Below the pieces are notes generated by a model that did no database searches, had not been told where the DNA came from, and saw only the letters and a program-made list of their open reading frames with translations. A stretch of DNA of 64,000 nucleotides from Planctomycetota bacterium. GTDB taxonomy: Bacteria > Planctomycetota > MHYJ01 > WSZJ01. Of this stretch, positions 49,781 through 58,605 are shown piece by piece (position 1 is the stretch's first letter; every line of letters begins with the position of its first letter). The translations under genes and the position numbers were made by a program. The DNA lies in contig JBBTCT010000026.1 of NCBI GenBank assembly GCA_038060895.1, forward strand, positions 39,386-103,385, given 5' to 3'.

Positions 49781-50896
49781 CTACAGCGCTCCCGGAAGAT
49801 CGCGACCCTTGAAACTCGGGATTTCTTCTCTCACGAGTCGAGAAACCGCTTCCTTCTTCTCGTTTGGAGCCAAATGTAGATACCGGGCTGTCGTCTTGAG
49901 GTCCGAATGCCCCAGAAGTTCCTTGATCGTGTTGATTCCGACGCCGGCAGCGGCAAGATGGGAGGCGAAAGTATGGCGCAGAGTGTGAAAACTGACGTCC
50001 CGGAGGCCCGCCTGGCGGGTGGCCCTCTGCAGGGCGTGGTACACATCGCGGAAGGGCAGCTCTGTGGCCGGGTTGGTGAAAACGTAAGGGCTAAGCCCGT
50101 CCTTGCCTGCGTGGGGCAAGACTCCCTTCAGCGCCGAAATCAGCGTCTTGTTCATCGGAATTACTCGGTTCCGATGGTTCTTCGTGTTGATCACGGTCAG
50201 CTGTTCACCTACGAAATCGACCTCGCTCCATAAGAGGTCCAGTGATTCTCGACGGCGAAGCCCAGCATTCAGAGCGGTGATCAAGACGGGACGAAGCCAC
50301 TCCTGCGACACGGTGAGCAGACGCTCGACCTCGACCTCGGTCAGGAAACGCCAGCGCTTTCCGTGCTCAGGTCTCTGTTTGACCCCGGTGACGGGGTTCT
50401 TTAAAAGATACCCACGGCGGACCGCCTCTGACATGACGCTCGACATCAACATGAGGGAACGATTCACGCTCGCTGCAGACCTAGGTTTACCACGGCGGGT
50501 CTCCCGCCCCAGCTCGCGATCCACGAATCTTTGAATGTCGCCGGTGATGATCTCCCCGAGCTGCTTTTTTCCGAAGTACAGCAGAAGGGCGTGAAACATG
50601 CTCAGGTATCCCCGAGCGGTGGACGTCGTGCGGGTGGCCAGGACGTGGGCTCGAAATTCATCCTGCAAGAAGTCGACGAACTGCATCGGCTTCAGCGACT
50701 CGACGCTGGTCACGCCGGCGATCTTGGCCTTCGTGATGGCAGACATCTTTGCACGCAGGATCTCTTCCGCCTCCGCCCGCGTGGTGGCGTTGGTACTTGC
50801 CCGCCGACGCCGACCGTTGAGGTCGACGTACGAGACGCACCACGGCTGAAAGCCGCCGAATTTGCGCTTTCGCTTATCCCGGTACACCTTGGCCAA
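49781..50896 (-). CDS. int: Tyrosine recombinase/phage-type integrase
   Basis: GLRRRE (R), TKN (K), FHTLRHTFAS (HxxR), LLGHSD and TARY (Y). GGAGG RBS before TTG 50896. Confidence 0.95.
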   Translation of the reverse strand: MAKVYRDKRKRKFGGFQPWCVSYVDLNGRRRRASTNATTRAEAEEILRAKMSAITKAKIAGVTSVESLKPMQFVDFLQDEFRAHVLATRTTSTARGYLSMFHALLLYFGKKQLGEIITGDIQRFVDRELGRETRRGKPRSAASVNRSLMLMSSVMSEAVRRGYLLKNPVTGVKQRPEHGKRWRFLTEVEVERLLTVSQEWLRPVLITALNAGLRRRESLDLLWSEVDFVGEQLTVINTKNHRNRVIPMNKTLISALKGVLPHAGKDGLSPYVFTNPATELPFRDVYHALQRATRQAGLRDVSFHTLRHTFASHLAAAGVGINTIKELLGHSDLKTTARYLHLAPNEKKEAVSRLVREEIPSFKGRDLPGAL

Positions 50897-50942
50897 CGGC
50901 CTGTCCTCCAGCTGATCATTCAGGTTTGAAGTAAATCGGCCC

Positions 50943-51007
50943 GGGAGGGGAGGCACATGGGTGGCGGAATTCCCGGTCCGTGTACTCTGGACACGTCCTC
51001 CCCTCCC
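50943..51007. other. Structured intergenic hairpin between RT and integrase
   Basis: GGGAGGGGAGG (50943-50953) pairs with CCTCCCCTCCC (50997-51007). Inner CGTGT/ACACG stem. Confidence 0.6.
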
Positions 51008-51043
51008 TACGGCGGGCGGGTTTATGGCGGTCGTCGACTGCGG

Positions 51044-52453
51044 CTAGGGGCTCCCCCTCCTGTGTAGGAGATGAGTGGGGTGCCAGATCTCCTTCCCTGG
51101 CTCGCCCCTTCCGCTGACGTCGGTGACCAAGAGCCTCCGAGCTACTTCTCGGAGTTCCTTCTCTACGTCCGTGTTCCAGTACCGTCCGATGCTGGGTTTT
51201 GTCGCAAACTGCAGTGTCTTAAGGGCTTGCGTGGTACTGGACATTAGCAATCCCGACAGGCTCTCAGCCTTCCCGATGAACAGCTCGTCAAGCATGAGGA
51301 CCTGTTCCCGGATCAAGTCGGAGCCCATCCCGTTGTAGTGCCGGCGAATTCCCTCGTAGATCTCTGGGTCAAACCCCTTCCGCATCACTTTCTCGAGGAT
51401 CTCGAGGACCTTGTTTCCGGCGATGGCGACCGGCCTGCCGTACGCGAATGTCTGCCCCAAGAACTGGGGAGGAAACGTCCAGGACCAATCGCGAGGATTG
51501 TCCGTCGCCAGTCCGAGGGCGAACTTGAACCGATTGAGGTGGCAAGAGGCCGGGTACTCCGTCTTGAGGTATTCCTCGAAGCCTTCCTTCTCGGACTCGA
51601 GTTCGGAAGCGTCCTTTCCCAGGAAGAGGACGTCGTCGGCGAATCGGAACGAGAACAAGCCCTGCTGGGCGAGCCACTTGTCCGCAGCGTCCAGATAGAT
51701 GTTCGCGAACAGCGGCGAGAGCGGGCTCCCGAGCAAGATCCCGAGTTTTGCGTTTGAGAACCGACCAGCCTTCCAGAAGGACATCGAGTGGTGCTCGATG
51801 ATCTGGGAGAGGACGGCCAACAGCCGCCTGTCCTGGATGCGATCAGCCAGGAGTTTGCGCAGGTGGGCGGTGTCGATGTTGTAGAAGAAGTCCTCGAAGT
51901 CCACCCGGAACCAAGCCGTGAACCCGTTCTGAACTCGCTGCTGAATTGCCTCGAGGGCGTCGTGCACGGACCGTCCGGGCCGATACCCGTACGAACTGGC
52001 CTCGAAGCCCGGCTCGAACAGCGGCTCGATCAGCATCCGAAGGGCCGTCTCGATGATCTGGTCGCGCAGGTTCAGGCAGAAGAGCGTCCGCTCCTTGCCA
52101 CCCGTCGACTTGGTGAAGGTGCCGACGTGCGAGGGAAAGTACCGCCTCTCCCTGAGCACCCGGCAGATGGCTCGTTCTTCGTCCAGCCACGCCTGGGGAT
52201 TTTTCGCCAGGTCCTGTGTGGATCTCCCGTCAGGTCCGATGGCTTTCGGGCTTCGGTTCTTGACGACCCAGGCGATCGCTCTGCGGACGAGCTTCCTCCG
52301 GTAGAGCTGCGAATACACGACGCGTGAACGCGAAGGGACCTGCCCTTCGTGACCACATTTCGCCTCGGCAGAAGCCGCGCGGTCCTTCGACCCGGCCGCA
52401 TTGGACGGCAAGATCCCTAGATCCGTGTTCGAGGTTTTATGCGTTGAGCACAT
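51044..52453 (-). CDS. Group II intron-like reverse transcriptase
   Basis: RT0 AIGPDG, RT2 RDQIIETALRMLIEPLFEPGFEASSYGYRPGRS, RT3 VDFEDFF, RT4 GILLGSPLSPLFANIYLD, RT5 RFADD and RT7 FLG. Confidence 0.93.
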   Translation of the reverse strand: MCSTHKTSNTDLGILPSNAAGSKDRAASAEAKCGHEGQVPSRSRVVYSQLYRRKLVRRAIAWVVKNRSPKAIGPDGRSTQDLAKNPQAWLDEERAICRVLRERRYFPSHVGTFTKSTGGKERTLFCLNLRDQIIETALRMLIEPLFEPGFEASSYGYRPGRSVHDALEAIQQRVQNGFTAWFRVDFEDFFYNIDTAHLRKLLADRIQDRRLLAVLSQIIEHHSMSFWKAGRFSNAKLGILLGSPLSPLFANIYLDAADKWLAQQGLFSFRFADDVLFLGKDASELESEKEGFEEYLKTEYPASCHLNRFKFALGLATDNPRDWSWTFPPQFLGQTFAYGRPVAIAGNKVLEILEKVMRKGFDPEIYEGIRRHYNGMGSDLIREQVLMLDELFIGKAESLSGLLMSSTTQALKTLQFATKPSIGRYWNTDVEKELREVARRLLVTDVSGRGEPGKEIWHPTHLLHRRGSP

Positions 52454-52460
52454 GAGATAC

Positions 52461-52688
52461 CTAGGCGCTTTCGCTCGGTGTCGGCCGGTACCCGATCCAG
52501 GCCAAGAGCTTGGCGGTGACGAGCCTGACGCGACGCTTCCCCATCTTGAGGATGCACTCGAGTGGAATTTCGCGACGGCGCATCATGGACCGAAGCGCGT
52601 CGGGTGAAATGCGCATGAAGTCCGCTGCCTCGTCGACGCGCCACAGCAGCGGCTCGGCGGTCACTTCGCGTGCCTGTTCTTTTCCCAT
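52461..52688 (-). CDS. Excisionase-like HTH (HTH_17) protein
   Basis: 75 aa, LLWRVDEAADFMRISPDALRSMMRRREIP, AGGAG RBS. Confidence 0.8.
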   Translation of the reverse strand: MGKEQAREVTAEPLLWRVDEAADFMRISPDALRSMMRRREIPLECILKMGKRRVRLVTAKLLAWIGYRPTPSESA

Positions 52689-52698
52689 TTCGATTCTC

Positions 52699-53484
52699 CT
52701 ACGAACTGGACTTCCTGGAAGTGCGTGCCTTCTTGTGGCTGTTACGCGATGACCCGGGCAGGCCAGACTTGCGGAGGTTCTGAAGGGCTGCGCCCAAATG
52801 GGCCAGCTTCAAGTCAATCCGAGCGTGCTCTTCACGCAGGCGGCTGACCTCGGCGGGCGTCATGTCCTCGAAGGAACGAGGAAGCAGTCCGCCAGTCGCA
52901 CTGAGATCGTCGCAGGCCTTGTTCGTGACGGCGTACGTGAAGGCGGCGTTGGGCATGTCGGTCTGGTGGGCTTCGAGCATCTCCCGAAGCAGCTTGAGGA
53001 TGTCCTCCTCGCCGCCAGCCGTGAAATGGACCATCACCTGACCATCGGAGCCGTCAACGATGCGCCAAGTCAGATCGCGAACGTCAGAATCGAAGGCCCC
53101 CACCCGCGCAGCAAGCTCAATGGCGTCGTGGAACCGTCGCGAGTTCTTGCTTGCCGAAGGGGACACCAAGCGCGAGAGATCGATCAGCGGCTTCGATGTG
53201 AGGAACTCTACTGGTCCCGGCCGCCACCAGCCGCGCCGGCGGGACTGCTCGTCCAGTGGGATCCCCGCCTTCGTTTCGGACTTGATCAGGTCCACCGCGT
53301 CGAGAAAGTCCGTCGTGTTGTACAGCACGATCCTCCCGAGGTTCCGTCCGCGGCTCTTGTGCACGGCAGCTCGCGGAAGCAGATGTTTCTTCGCCCAGAA
53401 GCGCAGGGTCGTAGCCGGCACACTGCACCTGACGGCGAGTTCGTCAAGCGTGCCCAGGTCGGCCTTCAGGTTGTCTCGTTTCAT
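52699..53484 (-). CDS. MerR-like HTH DNA-binding protein
   Basis: TLDELAVRCSVPATTLRFWAKKHLLP N-terminal HTH. Confidence 0.7.
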   Translation of the reverse strand: MKRDNLKADLGTLDELAVRCSVPATTLRFWAKKHLLPRAAVHKSRGRNLGRIVLYNTTDFLDAVDLIKSETKAGIPLDEQSRRRGWWRPGPVEFLTSKPLIDLSRLVSPSASKNSRRFHDAIELAARVGAFDSDVRDLTWRIVDGSDGQVMVHFTAGGEEDILKLLREMLEAHQTDMPNAAFTYAVTNKACDDLSATGGLLPRSFEDMTPAEVSRLREEHARIDLKLAHLGAALQNLRKSGLPGSSRNSHKKARTSRKSSS

Positions 53485-53491
53485 CAACTAG

Positions 53492-53520
53492 AAGTTATTA
53501 CGGGAGTTCCCTTCTGTCAA
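53492..53520 (-). promoter_or_regulatory. Sigma70-like promoter, likely leaderless transcript
   Basis: TTGACA-N17-TAACTT-N7-ATG with no SD. Confidence 0.65.
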
Positions 53521-53570
53521 GAGCGATTCCAATAGATCGTTTTCAGCCAGGACGGTCGCGTCGGGTCAGC

Positions 53571-53628
53571 ATCTCCAGGAAGCCTTCAGAACTGCAATCG
53601 ATTGCAGTTTGGGAGGGTCGCTGGAGAT
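53571..53628. promoter_or_regulatory. Long hairpin containing a perfect 20-bp palindrome
   Basis: AACTGCAATCGATTGCAGTT (53590-53609) inside an ATCTCCAG/CTGGAGAT stem. Confidence 0.65.
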
Positions 53629-53665
53629 CCCCCGCTTCGGACCTTTCCTCACACCTCGCACTCCG

Positions 53666-54322
53666 TCAATCCACGTACTTTCCTCCCTCGAGTAGACGGT
53701 CAGCGTCCGGCCAGCTGACAGCGCCGAAAAAGCAACGATGGCGTCGGAAAGCAGAGGAGACCATGCGCTCGTCCTCCGACGGGATACTCGATCGCCTGTA
53801 GTAGAGAAGGATCGCGGTGAGGTTCATGCTCGACGCCGACAGGGCCGCCACGAGCTCGCTCTCAGAAGTCACCGGTGCGCCTATCTTGGAGAGCCAAGCT
53901 TCGAATCTCCCCCACTGACCTTGGTTGTGCTCCCCGCGCTGATACCGAGCCTTCCGCTTCTGGGTTAGGAACGCGTCCTTGATCATGGTGTCGAGGATCA
54001 ACTGCCCTCGCCCGGCCACGGATTCCCAGCCAGCAAGGTAGGTGAGCAGTTGCTCGACGCCGATGGGCGCGATCGATTTGTCGCGGTCGTGTGGGCCCTT
54101 GTGCCCTTCACACTCCACCAAGCCGATTCGAGGCTCGGGCTTCACGGTGAACAGCGTGAAATCCGGATCCTTGCTGTTCGGGGTCCGGACACGGCGAAGG
54201 CAGACGCAGTTTTCGAAGCCGGGAATCTTCCTGAAGACGTTCTCCCAGTTCGGGTAGAGCCGGAAGTTCGGCTCCGACCTCGTCTCGTCTGTGTCCCCTT
54301 CTTTCAGCGCGATCTTCGGCAC
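53666..54322 (-). CDS. Hypothetical protein, possible PD-(D/E)xK-like nuclease fold
   Basis: DPDFTLF..GLVECEG and QLLTY motifs (weak). Confidence 0.5.
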   Translation of the reverse strand: MPKIALKEGDTDETRSEPNFRLYPNWENVFRKIPGFENCVCLRRVRTPNSKDPDFTLFTVKPEPRIGLVECEGHKGPHDRDKSIAPIGVEQLLTYLAGWESVAGRGQLILDTMIKDAFLTQKRKARYQRGEHNQGQWGRFEAWLSKIGAPVTSESELVAALSASSMNLTAILLYYRRSSIPSEDERMVSSAFRRHRCFFGAVSWPDADRLLEGGKYVD

Positions 54323-54325
54323 GGG

Positions 54326-54835
54326 TTAGGCCTCCGGGTGACTAGCGTTGTTCGCGAGAAGGGCCCGACGCGCGGCAACGCCGGAGTCGAATGAGCCAAG
54401 CACTGCTAGAGCTGCATCGCGGTGCTCCGGCGATGACGGATGAAAGTGGATCTGGGTCTGGTGCTCCGGCCACTGCCCTTTCCGACGTATCTCGTACACC
54501 ACCTCGGCCTCGATCGTCTCCAGTTCGCGTACAGCTGATTTTCCGCGGCGGGGATGGAACCACAGCCAGAGGGATGCGGTCTTCAGGCACCTTCTCCACG
54601 CGTAACCGTAGTAACCAGTCCGCCCGTCGGCGTACCAACCGTAGCGAAGGCGGGCAACAATCGGCTGCCTGGTGATGCCGACATAGACGGGCACCTGGCC
54701 GTCGGTGACGACGTACAGCTTCGGCCTCCGGGCTCTCGCCCGTGCGGACATCCCTTCCTTGGCCCGCGGAACGAGCTTCTCGAACTTGCACTTCGTGAAT
54801 TCGAGATCGAATTCCTCTGGTCCGATCAGGTTCAT
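54326..54835 (-). CDS. GIY-YIG-like nuclease
   Basis: KLYVVTDGQVPVYVGIT..ARL and ETIEAE. Confidence 0.65.
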   Translation of the reverse strand: MNLIGPEEFDLEFTKCKFEKLVPRAKEGMSARARARRPKLYVVTDGQVPVYVGITRQPIVARLRYGWYADGRTGYYGYAWRRCLKTASLWLWFHPRRGKSAVRELETIEAEVVYEIRRKGQWPEHQTQIHFHPSSPEHRDAALAVLGSFDSGVAARRALLANNASHPEA

Positions 54836-54859
54836 GCGGCCCCCCCCTGTCTCCCCGGT

Positions 54860-55126
54860 CTACTTCCGAATCGGCCGGCGACTGCGTCGCGCAACCCTAC
54901 GAGGCTTCCCCAAGTGGGGGCAGACGCCGCCGTGGTCTCGTAGAAACCGATCCACGGCGACAAGATCGCGAACGAGATCCGGGACATGCTCAAGTCGGAA
55001 GAGCAAGTAGCCCATCGTAGCGGCGTTGAATTTCGCCACCCTGTCGATGAACGCGTCGACGGTCGCCTTGTCGACGTCGCGCGCGGCGATCTTCGCGAGA
55101 AGCCGGTCCGGGTCTTGGGTCTTCAT
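54860..55126 (-). CDS. Small hypothetical protein
   Basis: ATGA-coupled to the upstream nuclease stop. Confidence 0.5.
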   Translation of the reverse strand: MKTQDPDRLLAKIAARDVDKATVDAFIDRVAKFNAATMGYLLFRLEHVPDLVRDLVAVDRFLRDHGGVCPHLGKPRRVARRSRRPIRK

Positions 55127-56637
55127 CCCTTCAGCCCGTCCAGCGCCCGGGCGATGTGCGCCATCGCGAAACAGTCGTCGCGATGATAGTCGAGGGCTTT
55201 TCTCCAATCTTCCGTCTCCTGTCCTGCTAGGAATTTCCAGTAGGCCACCATGCTCGTAAATGCGTTCGCGTCGGAGTGACGCCACTTGTATCCCTGCCCC
55301 ACGAACGGAGCGACGAGCTTGATACTCCACGTGGCCGTCGGAATGAACACCTGAGGCTTGAGGCAATCTTTCAGGTCCACGAGCCGGGTGAGCAGACGGT
55401 CAAGACTCGGAGCAATCTCCGGGCATCGACCGCGTGCCTGCTCGATGACGGTCCGTTCATACGGTGACCACATGAATATGGTCGCGTCTTCCAGTTCACC
55501 GATTACTTTCAGCATCGCCCGAAACATCTCGGTTTCGTCCTTGGCCCCGCGGGCTAGGAACTGGTCAAACTTCCCTGTTTCGTGAGACAGAAGGCCCGTT
55601 AAGTAGGCATGCTGTGGCTGTGCGATTTCGGGACCCGTCCAGTCGGTGGTCTCAAAATCTAGGTGAAAGTTCCGTCTGGTCCAGGGGATCGAGACGGTCT
55701 GTCCTGGCGGCACGACGGGCTTGTTGAGCGCGTAGGCCTGCACATTGAAGAAGGTGCTGCGTCCAGTCTTAGCTCCGATTGCCTCGGTCAGCTCCTGCTC
55801 GCTGAATCGCCCGAGGTCCGGGATGCTTGTGACTCCAAGTCGACGCCGGAGTTTCTCGCGGGTTGCCCGCCCAACGTCACCAAGCAGGGTGAGATCCTTT
55901 CGATCCAAGAGCGTCTTGTTCGCAAATTTCCGCCACGGAGTTCCGGTCTTGTCGTACCCAGGCGGGTCCGGGACGAGCACCCCGTCGCGAATTTTCTGCC
56001 ACGAGTCAACCGCCTCGCGAAGTGCAGGAATGTGGTCCAGAGTCTTGAACGCCTGGGTGCCTGAAGGCAGGACGATCTCGAACTCGGCGGGGAGCTCTCC
56101 CTGCAGAACAGCCACGATCAGGCTGTAGGCACACGCCTGGGCGCAGTGATATTTTTTCGTGTCGACCGCGTTTTTTATTTCCAAGACTTTCCAACTGTAG
56201 GAGCCGAACGAGGAGGGCGCGTTGTCGACCCGTACGAGCAGATCGGCTTTTCCGTAGAGCCCCTCTTCGAGCGACCACAGGACAGGCTGCCAGATGGCCG
56301 GCACGCCCTGCCTCATCAACTGCAGTGTGGCGATCATTCCTTCCCGACCCCATGCCGGTGACGGAGTCACGGCCTGCGGGTAGTTCGCCTCCACCCACTT
56401 TCGTTCAAACTCGACACCCCTCCCCATCGCAAGCTTGTCGTATTCTGACTCCTCGTCAACCGCCTCGGCCTTCGGCGCATGGTGGTGACACCAAACCCAG
56501 AAGGGATTCTCAACCAAGTGGTACAGGAGGCTCGGCCGCAGCATGCGTTCGCGGTCGAGCTCGAGACCAGCGGTCGCGCGATCGGTCAGCTGCTCGAGCG
56601 TCAGCCCATTTTCCGTCGCATCGTTCTCGACTGCCAT
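55123..56637 (-). CDS. TM0106 family RecB-like nuclease with C-terminal RNase H-like domain
   Basis: GKADLLVRVD..LEIK..HCAQACAY, HhH region, LDFET, WSPYE, SIKLVAP and YHRDDC. Confidence 0.85.
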   Translation of the reverse strand: MAVENDATENGLTLEQLTDRATAGLELDRERMLRPSLLYHLVENPFWVWCHHHAPKAEAVDEESEYDKLAMGRGVEFERKWVEANYPQAVTPSPAWGREGMIATLQLMRQGVPAIWQPVLWSLEEGLYGKADLLVRVDNAPSSFGSYSWKVLEIKNAVDTKKYHCAQACAYSLIVAVLQGELPAEFEIVLPSGTQAFKTLDHIPALREAVDSWQKIRDGVLVPDPPGYDKTGTPWRKFANKTLLDRKDLTLLGDVGRATREKLRRRLGVTSIPDLGRFSEQELTEAIGAKTGRSTFFNVQAYALNKPVVPPGQTVSIPWTRRNFHLDFETTDWTGPEIAQPQHAYLTGLLSHETGKFDQFLARGAKDETEMFRAMLKVIGELEDATIFMWSPYERTVIEQARGRCPEIAPSLDRLLTRLVDLKDCLKPQVFIPTATWSIKLVAPFVGQGYKWRHSDANAFTSMVAYWKFLAGQETEDWRKALDYHRDDCFAMAHIARALDGLKG

Positions 56638-56766
56638 GTCGCCGACCTTTCCTGCCGAGTCACAGAACTTTCCTCGTCGCGGTGACGAAGCGGCGACCAT
56701 TATCTCAATTCCCGGCTCGAGAATCTCGTCCCTTCTCAGGCGTTCAGCAGGTATCACTTCCGAGTC

Positions 56767-57432
56767 CTACTTGCCCCCGCCGGACTTCTTCTTCTCTTCC
56801 TCCTCCCGTTTCTTCCGGTCGAATTCCTCCTCTTCCTGTTTCGCTTCCTTCTCGACTTCCCTCCACACTTTCTCGGACTCGTTTGCAGCTTCCGCCTCCT
56901 CGTCTTCCCACTCTTCGCCGGTGAAGGCGCCGATCACCTGCCCGTTCCTGACATAGAAGTGGTAGTCCTGCAGGATGAGCGCGCCGAAAGCGTTCTTGCC
57001 TCTGAATTTCATGTGTACCAGCCAGCAGTAGATCCGCTCAGAGGTCATACATCGCATCGGCGGATCCGTGCTGACGTGCTTGAAGGACCCGGGGTCGTTC
57101 ATCACGTTCTTGAGCGCTGACACGACCTCGGGAACGCTGCCGTCCCAACCGGATACGGTCGGCTTCGGGCCGTGCTCGTCTTCAGGAACTTCGGTCTTCC
57201 CGCCGTTCTTTCCGGTTCGGGAGCCAGACGCGGCCGCATCTTTTTGTGCCTGTTCGTAGGCGGCCTGGAAACCGCCCGGAGTTTTCAGGATCGCCCAGAT
57301 GATGATCCCGAAAACGCCGATCGCCGGGACGATGATCGCCGCCGCGCAGCATCCGAGCGGTCCCATTCCCTTTTTTGGCGGGGGCTGGGGCGGGTAGCGC
57401 ATCGGCGTCGCCATCGGAATGGGTGCGGCCAT
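56767..57432 (-). CDS. Hypothetical membrane-anchored protein
   Basis: TM helix, NDPGSFKHV..FRGKNAFGA motif, acidic tail. Confidence 0.7.
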   Translation of the reverse strand: MAAPIPMATPMRYPPQPPPKKGMGPLGCCAAAIIVPAIGVFGIIIWAILKTPGGFQAAYEQAQKDAAASGSRTGKNGGKTEVPEDEHGPKPTVSGWDGSVPEVVSALKNVMNDPGSFKHVSTDPPMRCMTSERIYCWLVHMKFRGKNAFGALILQDYHFYVRNGQVIGAFTGEEWEDEEAEAANESEKVWREVEKEAKQEEEEFDRKKREEEEKKKSGGGK

Positions 57433-57504
57433 CTTCTGCTCCCGGTCACAGCCTGCTGCGACCCTGTACAGGATGCCTTCGTGCTGCTTTCACCGTGCGA
57501 CCGA

Positions 57505-58197
57505 CTAGACCTGCTCGAATTCCACCTCAAGCACTAATTTCACTTTCAGCCCGACGAGCTGGCGCGGGTCCATTTCCAGTCGCAGCGGGAAGCCGCTGGG
57601 TAGAACCTCGTTCGGGACGAAGTTTTCGTCGTCGTTCAGCTCTTCAGTGGCGGGTCCAGGCCGCCAGAAACTCGCCATCGATTCACCCTCCATGGTTGGG
57701 ACGTCGCCGGGAGTCTTTCCATCGGCGGGCAGTGCAACTTCACAATCCTCGAGATACCTCTGAACCTCGACGAGATCCCCTCGAAGTTCCGGGGGCAACT
57801 CCGAGTGCTTCATGAACGCCCTCATCGCGCTCTCGTTGTCGTGTAGTTTCCAGGCGGCGTGCCCGAAAACGATCCACGCGTCAGCGTTCAAGGCGTTCAG
57901 CTGGAGCGCCCGGCCGCTGTCGGCTTCCGCTCGCTCGAACAAGCCCTTTGCGGCGAACGCGCGGGCACGCAGAACAAGGGCCGCTTCGTTCGCCGGATGC
58001 TGGGCCAGGACATGGTTCAGGTCGCCGATGGCGAGGTCCGGGCTTCCGGTCTTCAGCAGAAGATCGGCCCGCTGGAGTCGGGATGGGATCGTGTCCTCGA
58101 GGGTCAAGAGCTGGGTGAGGAACTCGACGGCCAGCTTGAGATTCCCGTCCCGGACGCTATTCGCAATCAGGTCCTTCAACGGCTCGAAGTTTTCCAT
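57505..58197 (-). CDS. Tetratricopeptide repeat protein
   Basis: AIGDLNHVLAQHP, AEADSGRALQLN and AWIVFGHA helices. Confidence 0.75.
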   Translation of the reverse strand: MENFEPLKDLIANSVRDGNLKLAVEFLTQLLTLEDTIPSRLQRADLLLKTGSPDLAIGDLNHVLAQHPANEAALVLRARAFAAKGLFERAEADSGRALQLNALNADAWIVFGHAAWKLHDNESAMRAFMKHSELPPELRGDLVEVQRYLEDCEVALPADGKTPGDVPTMEGESMASFWRPGPATEELNDDENFVPNEVLPSGFPLRLEMDPRQLVGLKVKLVLEVEFEQV

Positions 58198-58331
58198 GCT
58201 TCCGGCTCCCTCGGATCCTCTACGGGCGTAGGTCCTCCCGGCGTCGACCACGCGTCGGCGATCTCCGGGGCCGGGATTCTATCACTGCTCCCGTGTCGGG
58301 AGCAAGCCATGCGAAAAAGCATGATTTTGAA

Positions 58332-58601
58332 GTGAACAAAACGCTGCACACTCCGCAGGGCGACGAGGTTCCGAAGTGGCTCGTCGAACTGCGCAAGCGA
58401 GCTGGGCTGACACAACGCGAGCTCGCGAAGTTGGCCGGAGCCCTGCCGAGTACGATTGCGAAGATGGAACTGAAGGAATGGCGAGTCGATGTGGTCCAGT
58501 TCTACCTGCTGTGCAAGGCAATGAAGGTCGACCCCGCCCGCGAGGCGAAACGACTCTTCGAGGCGTTCGACGCCGCGAGGCGAAAACACGGTCGCCCCTG
58601 A
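58332..58601 (+). CDS. XRE family HTH regulator
   Basis: LVELRKRAGLTQRELAK..STIAKME..RVDVVQF. Confidence 0.88.
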   Translation: MNKTLHTPQGDEVPKWLVELRKRAGLTQRELAKLAGALPSTIAKMELKEWRVDVVQFYLLCKAMKVDPAREAKRLFEAFDAARRKHGRP

Positions 58602-58605
58602 ACTC

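Noticed and set aside
51044-52453. Retron or CRISPR-associated RT
   Set aside because: No NAxxH or VTG retron motifs, and no cas genes or arrays in the window.
50900-52700. Intact group II intron
   Set aside because: No domain V/VI consensus downstream of the RT, and the upstream space is occupied by an intact xis gene only 7 bp away. An Infernal search would be decisive.
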